Origin: Octopus vulgaris
Lineage: Eukaryota
Reading direction: 5' to 3'
Length of the DNA stretch: 64,000 nt
NCBI GenBank assembly: GCA_951406725.2
Contig: OX597826.1
Location: forward strand, 20,460,001 to 20,524,000
This document shows positions 41,361 to 55,441 of this stretch, piece after piece. The position numbers and the translations under genes were made by a program. Every line of letters begins with the position of its first letter. Position 1 is the first letter of the stretch. Below the pieces are notes generated by a model. That model worked only from the letters and a program-made list of their open reading frames with translations. It was not told the origin of the DNA and made no database searches.

Positions 41361-42149
41361 TACATATATATGCATGTAGATATGTATGTATATACACATA
41401 TGCACATGAACGTGATGGTATTACGATTTTTATTATACATTTTTCTTCATTTCATACATAAAGTAAACTTTAGAGAAATCCTACGAAAAGAAACAGCTCC
41501 GTCATTTTACAATTATCTCATACTTTTAAATAAATGTATCAAACATTATTTCCTGTTTTTTCTTGGGAATCTAACACGTGATCAGCCGGAACAGTTCCTT
41601 TTAGCAGAATGGTAAGCCTCATCAGTCAACAAGTGATGCTAGCTAAATAATTCAGGCGCCTCTAACAGGCCATAATATTTAGTATCTTTCAACAAATATT
41701 TAGAAAAGAACTCCTTAAGCAATCTTGGATTATGTTCTTATTTCTCCAGACCAAACATATTTGTTATCTCATATTTGTTTAACAGATCTTGTCAAATTGA
41801 AAGTACGAAACTAACGCTGCTGGCTTGAATTTTGGTTGCTTTTTTTATTGTGTATTTAATACGAATTCATTTTTTATGAGTTAGTCACCGGATGATGTAG
41901 GAGTGTTTATGTCCTATTTTACCTCTTATACACGGGACAGATTGAATATATTTATGCACATTGTTTAGTACATCTCTCCTTAATATATTTTATCCAAGTT
42001 TTTTGGTTCATTTGAGTTGTTTCTCTGGGTTCATTCAATTTTTGTCTTTTTAATTTAGTGACATTCTTGGATGTCCTCCCAAATAGAAGTAGCTTCTAGG
42101 TGGAGCGGTTCACCGTCTTCCGTTCCTTCCAATATCGTATTTCCGTCAC

Positions 42150-42700
42150 CTTTTCTTTACTAGAAACCTACATTTCTTTCATTTTCTTTAAGATTTTAGT
42201 TCTTTCTACCTCCTGATTCTTGCATTATTTTCTTCCCTCTTCGGTCATCTCGCATACTTCTTGCAGCATCTCTCTCCCTTTTTTTCCCTTCATAAGCCAC
42301 ACACCCCACATCTATAAGGTGAAAATTTCCTGTGTACCGTTTTTCATAAGTGTTTTTAAAAAGTTGTATTGATATGGTTAATCTTTCCTTCCCTTCCCCT
42401 TGTTTGCTGTTTCTCTCCTCTTCCTCCTTTCTGGAACGTAAAATCCTGTATCTACCTTGCACTAAATATTGGCTCTTTTTACTTTCCATCTCCAATTCTA
42501 TCTTCCTGCTTCGCTCACCTCGTATCCCAGACGTTTGATCCTCCCTCCCCCCACATCAACCCCAAACACCATACCTCTTCCATTTCTTTATCATTTATTT
42601 TTCCACAACCGAAGTAACAATATCACACACAGACGCACGCACACAGAGTTTATGTATTTAATTCCTGACGAATAGCAAACTTACGAAACGTCATCTTCAA
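42150..42700 (+). mobile_element. Possible highly decayed PLE 3' end with hammerhead relic
   Basis: CTGACGA-ATAGCAAACTTAC-GAAA-CG-TC at about 42665-42692 downstream of C-rich sequence; stems poor. Confidence 0.35.
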
Positions 42701-43473
42701 TTTTTGTAACAAAAAAACTTATAGAGTTCTCACATGATCCATCCTATGCATAAACTGTTACCAACACAAACAAACAATCATTCATCGCGTTCTAGATTTT
42801 ACCATAAATGTATTTAGCATTTTGACTTTAATTTTTACGTTCTGAATTTAAAGTCAACGGTTCCAATTTGTTTTAAACCATTCTGTAGGAACTGAAAAAG
42901 TAAAGATGGTGCTGATGACTCATTATACCGTTGGAATTGTTAGTTTGGCCCCCTTACAGTCTGAGTTAAAATTCTGCCCAGATCAACTTTTCACCATTCA
43001 GGGGTTCATAAGTAGCAACAAATTAGAAGTATTGATTTAAAAATCGATAAGTCAATGATAGAAACTAATATCTCACATTTAGACGGTGGGGTTGGAGATA
43101 TTAGTAGAGTAGTGATTACGATCCTCTATGTTTCGAGTTCAAATTCTGCCACAGACTATTTTGATATATATCTTTCCAAGAAAAACGATTAAATAAATAA
43201 CAAAAATAAACTGGAGTCCATTAAGTACAGCCTATCTTTACCAGGTACCATGCTTAATAATACGTCATACCCATTGTACCATAGTTACCAATAGAACAAA
43301 CCCATTCCTTGCACCGATGGTGCAACCATCGTATGGGTTCCCTCCCCATGTCTCGTATTAATCACATCACCCTGTCCTTCTCCCACATTTCCCTCCACTG
43401 CTTATGAGCAAATTAATTTCCCCTTTCCTCCAGACCAGAACGTCATTAATTATCATTTCCTGTAGACTAAACC

Positions 43474-43535
<62 letters not shown>

Positions 43536-44600
43536 TAATAATAATAATCAAAGCTGCAGGTGAAAATTCAATCAGCAAATGTTAGAAAATATGAAGCAGC
43601 CTCCCCACTAATGTGAGACTTGGTAAATAAATTAAAATGTTGCTTTTAAATAATCGTGTCTTCTTACTAAATACTGTCTTTGTAGAAAAAAAAATTTCCA
43701 AACAAATTTTTTGTTTTCCAATTCTGGTTGAAAATAACATTAAAGAAACACAATAAAATTAAGTAATTCTGTTATTTTTATGTTCAAACTCACAATGTTT
43801 ATTAAAACTAAAAACTATGTTGAGTAATACATTTTATTTATCAACTTTGCTTTAATTTTCATTAATTGTTTATCTAGTATCATTAGAAGACGTGTTCAAT
43901 TAATTTTAAATGAGAGCAAAACTTTGTTTAAAGCAATCAGTTTTTAATGACTTGTATCGTTCCACAACGTTTTATCCTTTTTATACTAAAATTTAATACA
44001 TAATATTACTTTTTAACTTAATTATATTTATCATATAATTAATAGTGATGAATTAATCGTATAATTAATAGAAGAAATTAAAATAATTTCAAAGCCTGGA
44101 CTTTTTAAATCTCTTCTCTTTGTATGACACTATACGTACATGCATACAAATATATATACATATACATATATATGCATATATGTACACACGCGCACACACA
44201 CACACACACATCTATCCACATATATATACACACTAACAAATATCTATCTATCTATATACATACATCGCTCTTTCTCATACGCGCGCTCACACACACATAC
44301 ACACACACACAGATAAATAGATAGATAAATAGATAGGTAAAGAAATAGACAGATAAAGAGATAGGTAGATAGACAGACAGATACACAGATTGATTGAGAG
44401 ATAGATAGGTTCACCAGTTAACCCGCAGAGTCAGGCAAACAACCAGCGTTTTTATGTATATATATGTACATATTCACAGTATATATATATATATATGTAT
44501 GTATGCGCGCGTGTGTGTGTATATAGATATATACATATATATATATGTGTGTGTGTATATACATACATATATACATATATATGTATATAATGTGTGTGTG

Positions 44601-44668
<68 letters not shown>

Positions 44669-44864
44669 AATGTATATATATGAGTGTGTGTGCGTACCTG
44701 ATTGAGTGTATGCGCGCGATTGTGTATATGTGTGTGTACAGTTAAATGTATAGCTCACCCCAGAGTTAGGTGTCGGTGAGGCGTATATGTTAACCCGGTT
44801 TCGTCCCAAGTTGAGCAATTTCACATTCCTGTAGTCTATCGTTTAAAGTTTATGTTTGTAACTA

Positions 44865-45139
44865 CTACTACTGACACACCATCGGTGACAACGACGACGG
44901 TTCTAGGTGATCCGATCAACGGAACAGCCAGTCTCGTGAAATTAACGTGCAAGCGGCTGACCATTTCATAGACACGCGTACGTAGTTTTCGGGAAGATTC
45001 AGCGTGACATAGTCGGCAACAAGGCTGGCCTCCTTTGAAATACAGGTACAACTCATTTTTGCCAGCAGAGTGGACTGAGGTAATGTGAAGATACAGTGTC
45101 TTCCTCAAGGACACAACACGCCGCAGGAATCGAACTCAC

Positions 45140-45142
<3 letters not shown>
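44865..45142 (-). mobile_element. CORE-like tRNA-SINE with a third tail type
   Basis: GGAATCGAACTC B-box reverse complement; CTCATTTTTGCCAGCAGAGTGGACTG CORE-like reverse complement. Confidence 0.75.
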
Positions 45143-45201
<59 letters not shown>

Positions 45202-46254
45202 ACGTGTGCATGTTCACTAAACTGTGAAATATAATTACACTGCAATGAGAAAAGTACACCGAAGCGGGACCAAAACTAAACTTCTAGTGGGATCCCTTCG
45301 ATTCATTAGCTTCTTCAGATCTTCATACACAAATTTAATTGAATCATTGATTCATAAAAAAAACCCACATTTAATAGATGGAGACAAGCTTCATAAAATA
45401 CACACGCCTACGTCAAGTCTATGGTTCATTCCCCCAGGCTCACTGATACAAGTCTTAACAGTTATAGATGACATTTTAACTTTACCAGAACACTACAGTG
45501 TCTCACATTATGTATTGAATCCATAATATATAAATATATTCAATAAGTTAATTTTCTTTAGATCATATGAGAAACCGTGAAAATGGTGGGAAAATATGAA
45601 CAGACATAAAACTGTCACTTGGGTTGTTGTGTACTTGTGTGATAGTGGTGATTTTAATAAGCGATTTAGGTATGTCGATATAAATACCTGCAGACATGAT
45701 TCTAGAGCCATTTAAATAACCAACAGACAATAAACCAGTCTAAATACCGACAGACAATATGATCAATCACGTGATCAATAGATTATAGATGTGGATTAAT
45801 TAAAAAATGTTGGTTAAGGGAAGGGCATGAGATATATATATGAAGTTTGCCTATCTATATGTAATGTTTGAAAATTATAGGAAAATATTTCAAATGCAAA
45901 AAAAGAAATAAAAGATGGTAAAAAGGAATTAAAGAAGGTTAATGAACAACAATAGCACAAGTGAAGAATCAGTAGAACATAAAGTGAGATTTTTAGCGAG
46001 AACTGAACCGTATAAATGTGTGTTATAAATCCTTATTCATACTCTAAGATGGAAAACAGAGCAGTAAAAATGGAATGTCTGACAAATACCAGCTGATTTC
46101 ACAGGCAAAAGAGACCTCGAATTTCGCAGAGGGCTGTCCAGTGGTACTTTTGTGGAACTCGGCAAGATTTCAGCTCAAAAAGTTATAACTAAAATAAATT
46201 AAAGCAGCATTTTGTCTGACGCAAACAAAAGATTTTCAAACATGGCACCACTAG

Positions 46255-46660
46255 TATCGAACGAAATGCTTAGCGGTATTGCTTCCGGTCCTTTACATTC
46301 TGAGTTCAAGCTCCACCAAGGTCAACTTTGCCTTTCATCTCTCCAAGGTCGATAAAATAAAGTACCAGCCATGAATTGCAGACTAACTCCACTCCTGAAA
46401 AATCTCTGACTTTAAGCTTCAATCAGAGATTATTTGAGGCAGTGAAATGGCAGAATCGTTAGAACGGCTGAAAAAGTGCTTTTCAGCAGTGCTTTAGGCT
46501 CTTTACGGTCTGAGTTCAAATAACAGTGAGATCAACTTTACTTTTCATCCTTTCGGGGTCGATCAAATAAAATACTAGTCATGTACTAGGTTTCATGTAA
46601 TTGAATAGCCACTTCCTCTCAGAATTGCAGGCCTTGTGCCAAAATTAGAAACCATTATTA
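46255..46660 (+). mobile_element. Two tandem SINEs with the CCTTTCATCC..GGTCGATAAAATAAGTACCAG domain
   Basis: Repeated TCTGAGTTCAA..TCAACTTT..TTTCATC..GGTCGAT. Confidence 0.8.
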
Positions 46661-48212
46661 TTATTGTCGAGAAGAAAATCTTGCCGTAAAAAAGAAAGAC
46701 GAGAAACTCAAAGAATTAAGAGAAAAAGGTAAAAAAGAAAGAAAGAAAGAATTGCAATGCAAGAAAGAAATCTCCGTAACTGTATTGACTTTGTATAATT
46801 GACGGAAAAATTGTTCAGTTCATATGGAATTTCTCCATGAAATTTACTTTCAGATCGCATTATTCACTTTTTTTTTGCAAGATTGTTTTTCTTTCTTTTG
46901 CAATTCTAATTTCCTCCCGAGTTGAGCAAACATAAACGATTCATATGTAGCGGGATTTATTTCAATGTTCGGTTTATTCCGACAAATCATTCCTCAGCTG
47001 AAATGCTTATATTTATATGATAAACTAGCTCAAGTCGACGACAGGATAACATGTAAACAATATCTAACATTAAACAGAACATTGGTGTATAAATACATCA
47101 ATGTTGGTTTTTAGATACATTTTTGCAGACCTTGGCAGCCGTCTCTGAGAGTAGGCCGCCACCTGCTTCGAGCAAAATATTTGGATTGTGCATTATTGTT
47201 TGACAAACAGTGGAAGGAAGCAGTTCCATAAGAGAGCAAGTTAAGCATGAACAAATACCTTCATTTTACTAGCATCATAGTTACTAGAAAATTTCTTAAG
47301 TGAATAGAAAGAAATGATAGAAAACATAAATAAAGACGAAAATAAAGTAAATTCAATAACAAGTTGGAGAGAGGTTTGTAAAAGAGAAAGACAGGAATGA
47401 TAGATTCCGGTTCGAAAGTAACTCAATTATTTGGAAATTCTTCTTTTCTTTTGTGGCGTTGACGATGAGAAAGTTGGGATACGATTTACTTTCTTCGTTT
47501 TTCAACTTCAAAAGTGGATTTGATTGACGTTTTACTAATTTAAGAACAAAAACCACCAGCAGCACCAGCACCAGCACCACCAACACCACAACTACCCCTA
47601 CAACCATCATCATCATCGTCAGCATCACCACTACTACCATCACCGCCACCACCGTCACCGTCTGCACTACCACCACCACCATCATCCCCTCCACTCCCCA
47701 CCACTACTTCTCCCCTCCCTCATCATCATTACGACGACTACCACCAACACCACCATCACCACCAGCATCATCACGCATACAAACCCTTGAGTAACAACAG
47801 CAACGTCAGCAATAGTAACGACAATATCAACAGCAATAACAACAACAACCACATCGAAAGTTAAAACTTATGTAATTCGCCATTGTGCGTTTTTTAATTT
47901 TTTTTCTAGAAAGTTCTAAACTCCGTTAATAGAAATGATTTTGCATGAAAAGTGATTCACTGAGAGAAGAAACAAAGTTGTTTGTTTTCCTTCTCAAAAA
48001 CACCGTTTCTACTATTTTAGTTTCTCATATTTGACTTTATAATTACTGGATTAATTAATTTCTGGATTAATTTTCCGGATGTTCTCTTCTCTGATATTTT
48101 CATTTCTTTTAATGAATCTCTGTTCGAAACAAATGTGTAACTTTACACAGTCGTCTCAGTAATTTAGTTCTATGTGTTTCTACACTTCTAAATACATACG
48201 CGCCGTGAAGGT

Positions 48213-48290
48213 GTTGCTATGGGAATGGCGTTGCGATACTGTTGCTATGGTGAGGACGTTGCTGACGTAAAACAAGTGTTTGACGTCGCT
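48213..48290 (+). promoter_or_regulatory. Candidate enhancer: RFX X-box-like and CRE-like motif cluster
   Basis: GTTGCTATGGGAAT (48213), GTTGCTATGGTGAG (48241), further GTTGC half-sites, TGACGTAA (48263), TGACGTCG (48281) in unique sequence. Confidence 0.4.
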
Positions 48291-48455
48291 CAAGCAAAGT
48301 GTTCTGTAAAAAAGGGTCAGTTTTTTTTATAATAAGGTTAATCGATAATCAAACCATTCAGAAACATTGATTAATGATGATTTAAGAGGTGGGAATCTTT
48401 CTGGAGAGAGATCGAATTACGCCACCATCACCACCACATACAACGCAATCATCTA

Positions 48456-48502
<47 letters not shown>

Positions 48503-48662
48503 TCACCTATATCACCGCTACAACTTCACCCCACCCACCACCACTACCACCACCACCACCACCACCATCATGCAATTTAATGCAGGAATAAATTTGTTCA
48601 CCTATAATCACACTTCCCAGATGAGTGACCTTTGTCCACTTTTAAGAACATGCACGCACACA

Positions 48663-48721
<59 letters not shown>

Positions 48722-49659
48722 GCACTGCATTAGTTACTTTTTAAAGAAGGATAATTTGAGGCAAAATTTTTCATGGGAGGTGGTCATGGGACCAAACGAA
48801 CCAAGTATGTTGTTAAGAGGAATGGAAAAGAGGACAAACAAGCTGCTATATTAAATAGTTTCGAATTTCTCCCATGCCGTGGGACGGGGGAAGACCTATC
48901 TTCATTCTTTCGGGGTCGACCTTCCTTTCCTCCTTCCGGGGTCTATAAAATAAAATGCTCGCCATGCACTAGGGCCAATGTAATCGACTGACTCCTTTCC
49001 CTTAAAATTTCCTTTAAAATTTCCCTTAGTGGAGACAACCAATTTATTTATATTTGACGCTGGAGGGACGGAGAGGTGGTATTTGTCGTTAAATCCCTGA
49101 TATGACAGAGATTTGGCTGCTCTATCTAGCAGATCGACCAACCTTGTCATAGCGTTTCAATTCTCCCCATAGTCTTCATTTTTCTTTCTTTTTTTTTTTT
49201 AAACTATTTATGGTTTCCTCCATGAACATCTCTCTTCTGTCAGCTTCATCCTCAACATGGCTATTTTCAAAGAAATCAGTTCCCATGTAGAAAGATTCTC
49301 CCCCAGAATAGGTAATCAACTACATCAACGGTCCACGAAAAGATATCAATGTTAAAATTTTGTACATTCAACTAATCCTTGTAGCAATGAATCCAGTTTG
49401 TTTTGCAGCTCTCCATATATAAGTGGTTTCTACAGTTGAAGACCCGACATTCCTTGAACGAGATCAACCCATCGTAGCGCCTGATATAAATTACGACTCA
49501 ATTATCTTGAGTACAACGCCATTACTGTTGGCTCTGCTACGACCATTTCGACTAAACAATATTCAATATATTGAACAGTATTAACCAGTGATCTCGTATA
49601 TCTGAAAGTAGTCGCGGTATATCACACTATTTCAGTATTATCTTATTCTCAAAGCGACG

Positions 49660-50222
49660 AGGAAGAATTGTTAGTATGCCGGCATTTCGTCCGTCTTTAC
49701 GTTCTGAGTTCAAATTCTGCCGAGGTCGACTTTGCCTTTTATCTTTTCGACGTCGAAAAAATGAGTACCTGTCGACCACAGTGGGTTGATTTAATCGACT
49801 AACCTCTCCTCCGAAGTTGCTGGGCTTGTGCCAAGTTTTGAAACTAATATTATTATTCTCATAAACTGGCGAGCTGACGGAATGGTTAGAGTGTCGGGAA
49901 ACATGCCGTGGGGTCATTTCGTCTGGTTCTTTCAGGTGAGGTCAACTTTGTCTTTTATCCTCTCGGAAACGATGAAATATAATACCAGTCAAGTACTGGT
50001 GTCGATTGTATCAACTAACCCCTCCCCTCAAAATTACTGGTAGAAGCGTTACAGCGTCGGACAAAATGCTTAGTAGCATTTCTTCCGTCTTTACGTTCTG
50101 AGTTCAAATTCCACCAAGGTCATTTTTTCAACCTTTCGGGGTCGATAAAATAAGTACCAATTGAACACTGAGGTCGATGTAATCGACTTACCCCTCCCCT
50201 TGTGCCGATATCTGAAACCATT
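49660..50222 (+). mobile_element. Three tandem copies of the same SINE family as 46255-46660
   Basis: GTCTTTACGTTCTGAGTTCAAATTC..GGTC recurs. Confidence 0.82.
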
Positions 50223-51044
50223 ATCATCGTCATAACCACCACCATCACCACCACCACCACCACCACTACCATTATCATCATCATCATCATCATTATTAGA
50301 TAGACCGAAATAAAGAGACGCGTATTTCCAAGTACATTGAATATATAAGCAATGTGTTTGATATGTACTCAGTGTTTGAGCTACCTTATGTAATATACAT
50401 GGGGGTGGTGATTACTAATTAATTGAAAATAAAGGTTTATATCAACCCTCATCATTATTAAAATAATCAAGTTTCAACTGGTAACTTTGCTAATTATTTT
50501 CATGACGTATAATTTGCATGACGTATGTTTGTTTTATTGCTCTGGCGGCCATGTTGGCTACTTTCTTGTCGGAGTGTGTCTTCGTGTGATGTAGAAATAT
50601 GTATATTTATAGAAGTTGTTAGTGAACAAGCAACGTTGGAATGGGACAGAAAGGTGGGCTGGAGGTATGTGGGTGGGTGCTCTATAAAATTTGATGTCAG
50701 TAAATACATTAAACATTTTTGTTGTGAATCTAAGGAAAGACAGAAAGAATCTATTGAAGAAAATATAAAACTGTAGACTTCAATGAATATGACGAGAAAC
50801 ATGGATGTTTATAGATCTGACTCGAAACATATTGGTTTAATGAAACATTCTTTGTGCGAGTATACACACACACGCACACACGCACACACACACACACACA
50901 TACACACACACACACACACACACATACTCACACACGCAGGCACACACTCACACGCGCATATAACCATACACGCTGAGATATGTTTGTCTAAATGCATATA
51001 TGCAAATATATACACACACGCATATATATATGCATATATATGTA

Positions 51045-51101
<57 letters not shown>

Positions 51102-51118
51102 GTATATATATGCATATG

Positions 51119-51150
<32 letters not shown>

Positions 51151-52337
51151 TATAATATAATTAATATATATATGTATATGTATATATATATATATGTAGC
51201 TATTTATCTAGCTATCATCTTTCTCTCTCTCTCTCTCACCCCCCACCACCACCACACACACGCACACACACACACATACCATTAGCTAAAGGTCAAGAAG
51301 AAGAATTGACCTAAAGAAAAAGGTTCGGAAGATAGAATTGTATGCTGACACAATTCACGAAATTATTTCGAAGACCTTCCTGCCATCTATGACTCAGCTT
51401 GTGTGGATGTTTTATTCCTGCTCATAGCAGGTGACAGCTCACATATCATAGACAAGAAATGCAAAAAAAGATGGACTGGACTCTTTTACAATGTTCACAA
51501 TAGATTGTCAAGAGTCAATGAAGAATTTGTTGACAATCTGCTGCAGATCCCCATAAATGCAGACTTGAATGAGATTTTCTTTTAAAAACCCATGAAGCTA
51601 TGGAGATCATTGCATTTTAAAACAAGACAATTAGCAGGCTCACTTCCTGCTAAAAGATATGTATATGGCGATTAAACGTTCATTATAACACAGCTGTTTT
51701 CCTTGACGTGGTTAGCAGGATTCATTCCCGAAGAATTCAAGAATTTTATGTTTATTCACCTGTCCAAAAACAAATGTGACAGTCACGTGACGGTCGCGTG
51801 ACGGTCGCGTGACGGTCATAGAAGTATTTCCTTCATCAACCTGTCCCAAGACATGTACAATAATGTTCTTAACTTAGTGGGTTTGGGGGAAGATTTAGAG
51901 CCCATCGCCCTCACAGGCAGATTGCAGATCCAAGCCATCATTGGAACTGTAAATCTGTAAAACTTACCAGAAGTTTACCGTTCAAGTATATATGAGCACG
52001 TCTGGACATGGAACTATATGCATGAGAATAGATACATAGAATAAAACATGCAAATCCGCACATATACATACATACATACATACATACATACATACATACA
52101 TACATACATACATACATACATACATACATACATGCATACACACATACGTACATACATACATACATACATACATACATACATACATACATACATACATACA
52201 TACATACATACATACATGCGTACAAAAATACCCTGCTGATGTTTTTGAAATTCCAATGAAGCAACCTTGGATATAAGTTAGAAACCGGCTCTTTCTCTAT
52301 TGGCAAGAAATCTTGAAATAAAACTGAATAAGGACAT

Positions 52338-52392
<55 letters not shown>

Positions 52393-52444
52393 TACACACA
52401 CGCGCATGTATGTGTGTGCGTATGTATGTATGTATGTATGTACG

Positions 52445-52667
52445 TACGAAGGCGTGTGCTGAAAAGTTGCTGGTTCTGGGTAAAAGAAAACACTGGAGGA
52501 TCAGTTAATTATGCTTTTATTCAACATCTTCCCCTCCTCTCAGATTCACATACTTATAGCGAGGGTCCTTCAGCTTTTCCAAGCCCTGTAAAAGAACTGG
52601 GAAGGTTGGACCTCCTATCAGCCCATTCGAGATACCCTTAAAGCCAGGAGATTTTCAGCATCCCCTC

Positions 52668-52670
<3 letters not shown>
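52445..52670 (-). mobile_element. Mariner 3' end with TIR
   Basis: TACGAAGG..GTGCTGAAAAGTT TIR-like start; minus strand FY.GLEKLKD..YK(Y)VNL-like transposase C-terminus. Confidence 0.7.
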
Positions 52671-52766
<96 letters not shown>

Positions 52767-53104
52767 CATACATATATACATACACAGACACACACATGCA
52801 CCCCGTATTTACTCGTTTATAAGTCACCTCGGTTTTTTTCAGTTAAAACCAAGTATAAGATGGAGCGACTATAATAAGAGTAAGTACATGTATATGTATG
52901 TGTGTTTGTGCGTGTGTGTGTGTGTATAAAAACACATACACATATACATACATACATACATACATACATACATACATACATACATACATACATACATACA
53001 TACATACATACATACATACATACATACATACATACATACATACATACATACATACATACATACATACATACATACATACATACATACATACATACATACA
53101 TACA

Positions 53105-53137
<33 letters not shown>

Positions 53138-53190
53138 GCAATCATGTGTGTTTGTGTTTGTGTGTGTGTGTGTGTATGTGTGTGTGTGTT

Positions 53191-53226
<36 letters not shown>

Positions 53227-53459
53227 TATTTCAATATATAAACATGGCAACTATTGATTCAGATAGACGGCAGTTAGTGTTGGTGAACAAGATGAGAAGT
53301 TGCAGCAGTCATCACTAACAACAACAACAACAACGGTTTTCGAGATAAACTTTCATATTTAATTCTCTATTATTTCTTTTGTTTTATTTCATTTTTCTTC
53401 CTGATCTATTTTCTCTGTTTATATTCTCTTTTTATCCACATTCTTACCGTTTGCATCAC

Positions 53460-53526
<67 letters not shown>

Positions 53527-55027
53527 TTTATGTGTGTGTGTGTGAATGTGTGTATGTGTGTATATCTACAAATCTCTATCCATGCTTTCGTTTCTTTATT
53601 AAAATGACAAAAAAAAAACCCAAAAAACAAAAACAACTTTTTATTGAACAATGATTGAACAATTTCGTTTTCAATTTCAAAGATTCTAAGTTTTGCTCAG
53701 ATTGTTGCCAAGGTTTCCATAAATCTTTTTACAATGTCATCTTTGTATGTCTTGCTTATTTTCAGCGATAATGGTAAATTAGGAAGAAATTCAGCGAAGA
53801 CGACTTCTTAAGAATATTAAAAAAAAAAAAAAAATAAAGCCATTTTAGTTTGAAAATTTGTCTTTAAATACGAAACCCTAACCTGATAGCAAACGTAAGC
53901 TCTGTCTAAAGAATTTGCTAAATGTTATTGAAATATTCATTATCTGCTGAATCACTATATTTTTAAAAAGAATTATTATTGATTAGTTTCTGTTTTGTTT
54001 TGTTGCAAGCAAATAATTATAAACAGCTTTTTAGAAATTGAGCTTATATTTAAATTAAAAAAAAAGTTTTATTGGCATTCTTTGAAAATTTTAATTTGTT
54101 TTGCACTTGTTGTTGGAGTAGAAAAGTTATATTAAGTTTATGGAGCCTAACATTTTATTTAAACATGTTTGGTTGGTATGAAAACGACAACAAACATCAA
54201 ATATCCACGAAATATATTTTTTTATTGTAAAGAGATGCCATTACCATAAAGGCTGTTGATTCCAATGAGTATTATTTCAGGAATGAAACAACAAAAGCAA
54301 AAAAAAAAAAAAATAATAAACAATAGCAACAAACAGCAACAACAACAAAACGAAAAGAAAAAAATAAAATAACGATATAGTTGAAAGATTTCTTGTCAAG
54401 TGATTAGCAGGAAATCTTCGAGGTATGATAGAACAGAACAGTAATTATTGGAAAGACACTTTTAATCAACTTCATAAACTGTTCCTATCAAAAGACATCT
54501 GATGCTTTTTAACGAGTACCTTGTCATTGCTTGTCTGATTACCTTGCCTCAGACAGACAGTAATTATAACACCGATAACTATATAATTAGCAGAGATGAC
54601 CGTCTAATTACAACACACTTTACTATACATTCATGTAATGCTACGGTGGTTTGAGCTAACACACACTAGCACACACACACGCGCACGCGCACATGTATAT
54701 ATGATAAGGTGACAGATGAACTGAGCTGATAAACTATATTTATTATTATTGTTTGCCATCAACGCATTTGTTTACAGAGTTTCTGCTGAGAAAGTGATTT
54801 CTTCCAGTATTACTGGGTGGAAAATGTTCTTCTTTATTTCGTTTATCAACAAAAGGTTTCAGAGTATTTGGACGCCTGTTCTCATTGTTCCGGGGTGGAA
54901 AAATATTCGTCAAGCCTCTGTCTTCATCCGTGTGTCTATTATTATCCGCCTCCCTCCCGTAGTCATTTGTATTATTCATACTTCAAAAGTAACCTTCCAG
55001 AGTAGTAGGAAGAGTCCTTTGCTACAG

Positions 55028-55228
55028 TGGTGGTGGCATCATCATCATCATCATCATCATCATCACCAGCAGCAGCAGCAGCAGCAGCAGCAATAGTGGT
55101 AGTATTAGCTTAGTAGGAGTAGTAGCAGCAGTAGCAGAAGTAGAAGTAGTAGTAGTAGTAGTAGTAGCAGCAGTAGCAGCAGTAGCAGAAGAAGAAGAAG
55201 TATTATTATTATAATTAGTATTAGTATT

Positions 55229-55308
<80 letters not shown>

Positions 55309-55362
55309 TGGTAGTGGTAGTAGTGGTAGTAGTAGTAGCAGCAGCAGCAGTAGCAGAAGAAG

Positions 55363-55441
<79 letters not shown>
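55028..55441. repeat. Compound trinucleotide tract (CAT/CAG/TAG/TAT/GAA)
   Basis: Directly visible. Confidence 0.95.

Noticed and set aside
41570-41630. Minus-strand CUGAUGA-GGC...GCU-GAUC-ACGUG-UU hammerhead-like trace
   Set aside because: GAAA and stem I are not intact.
45285-45325. Minus-strand CUGAAGA...GAAG hammerhead-like trace
   Set aside because: No stem II and no UH site.
51785-51818. CGTGACGGTCG x3
   Set aside because: Short local duplication with no further support.
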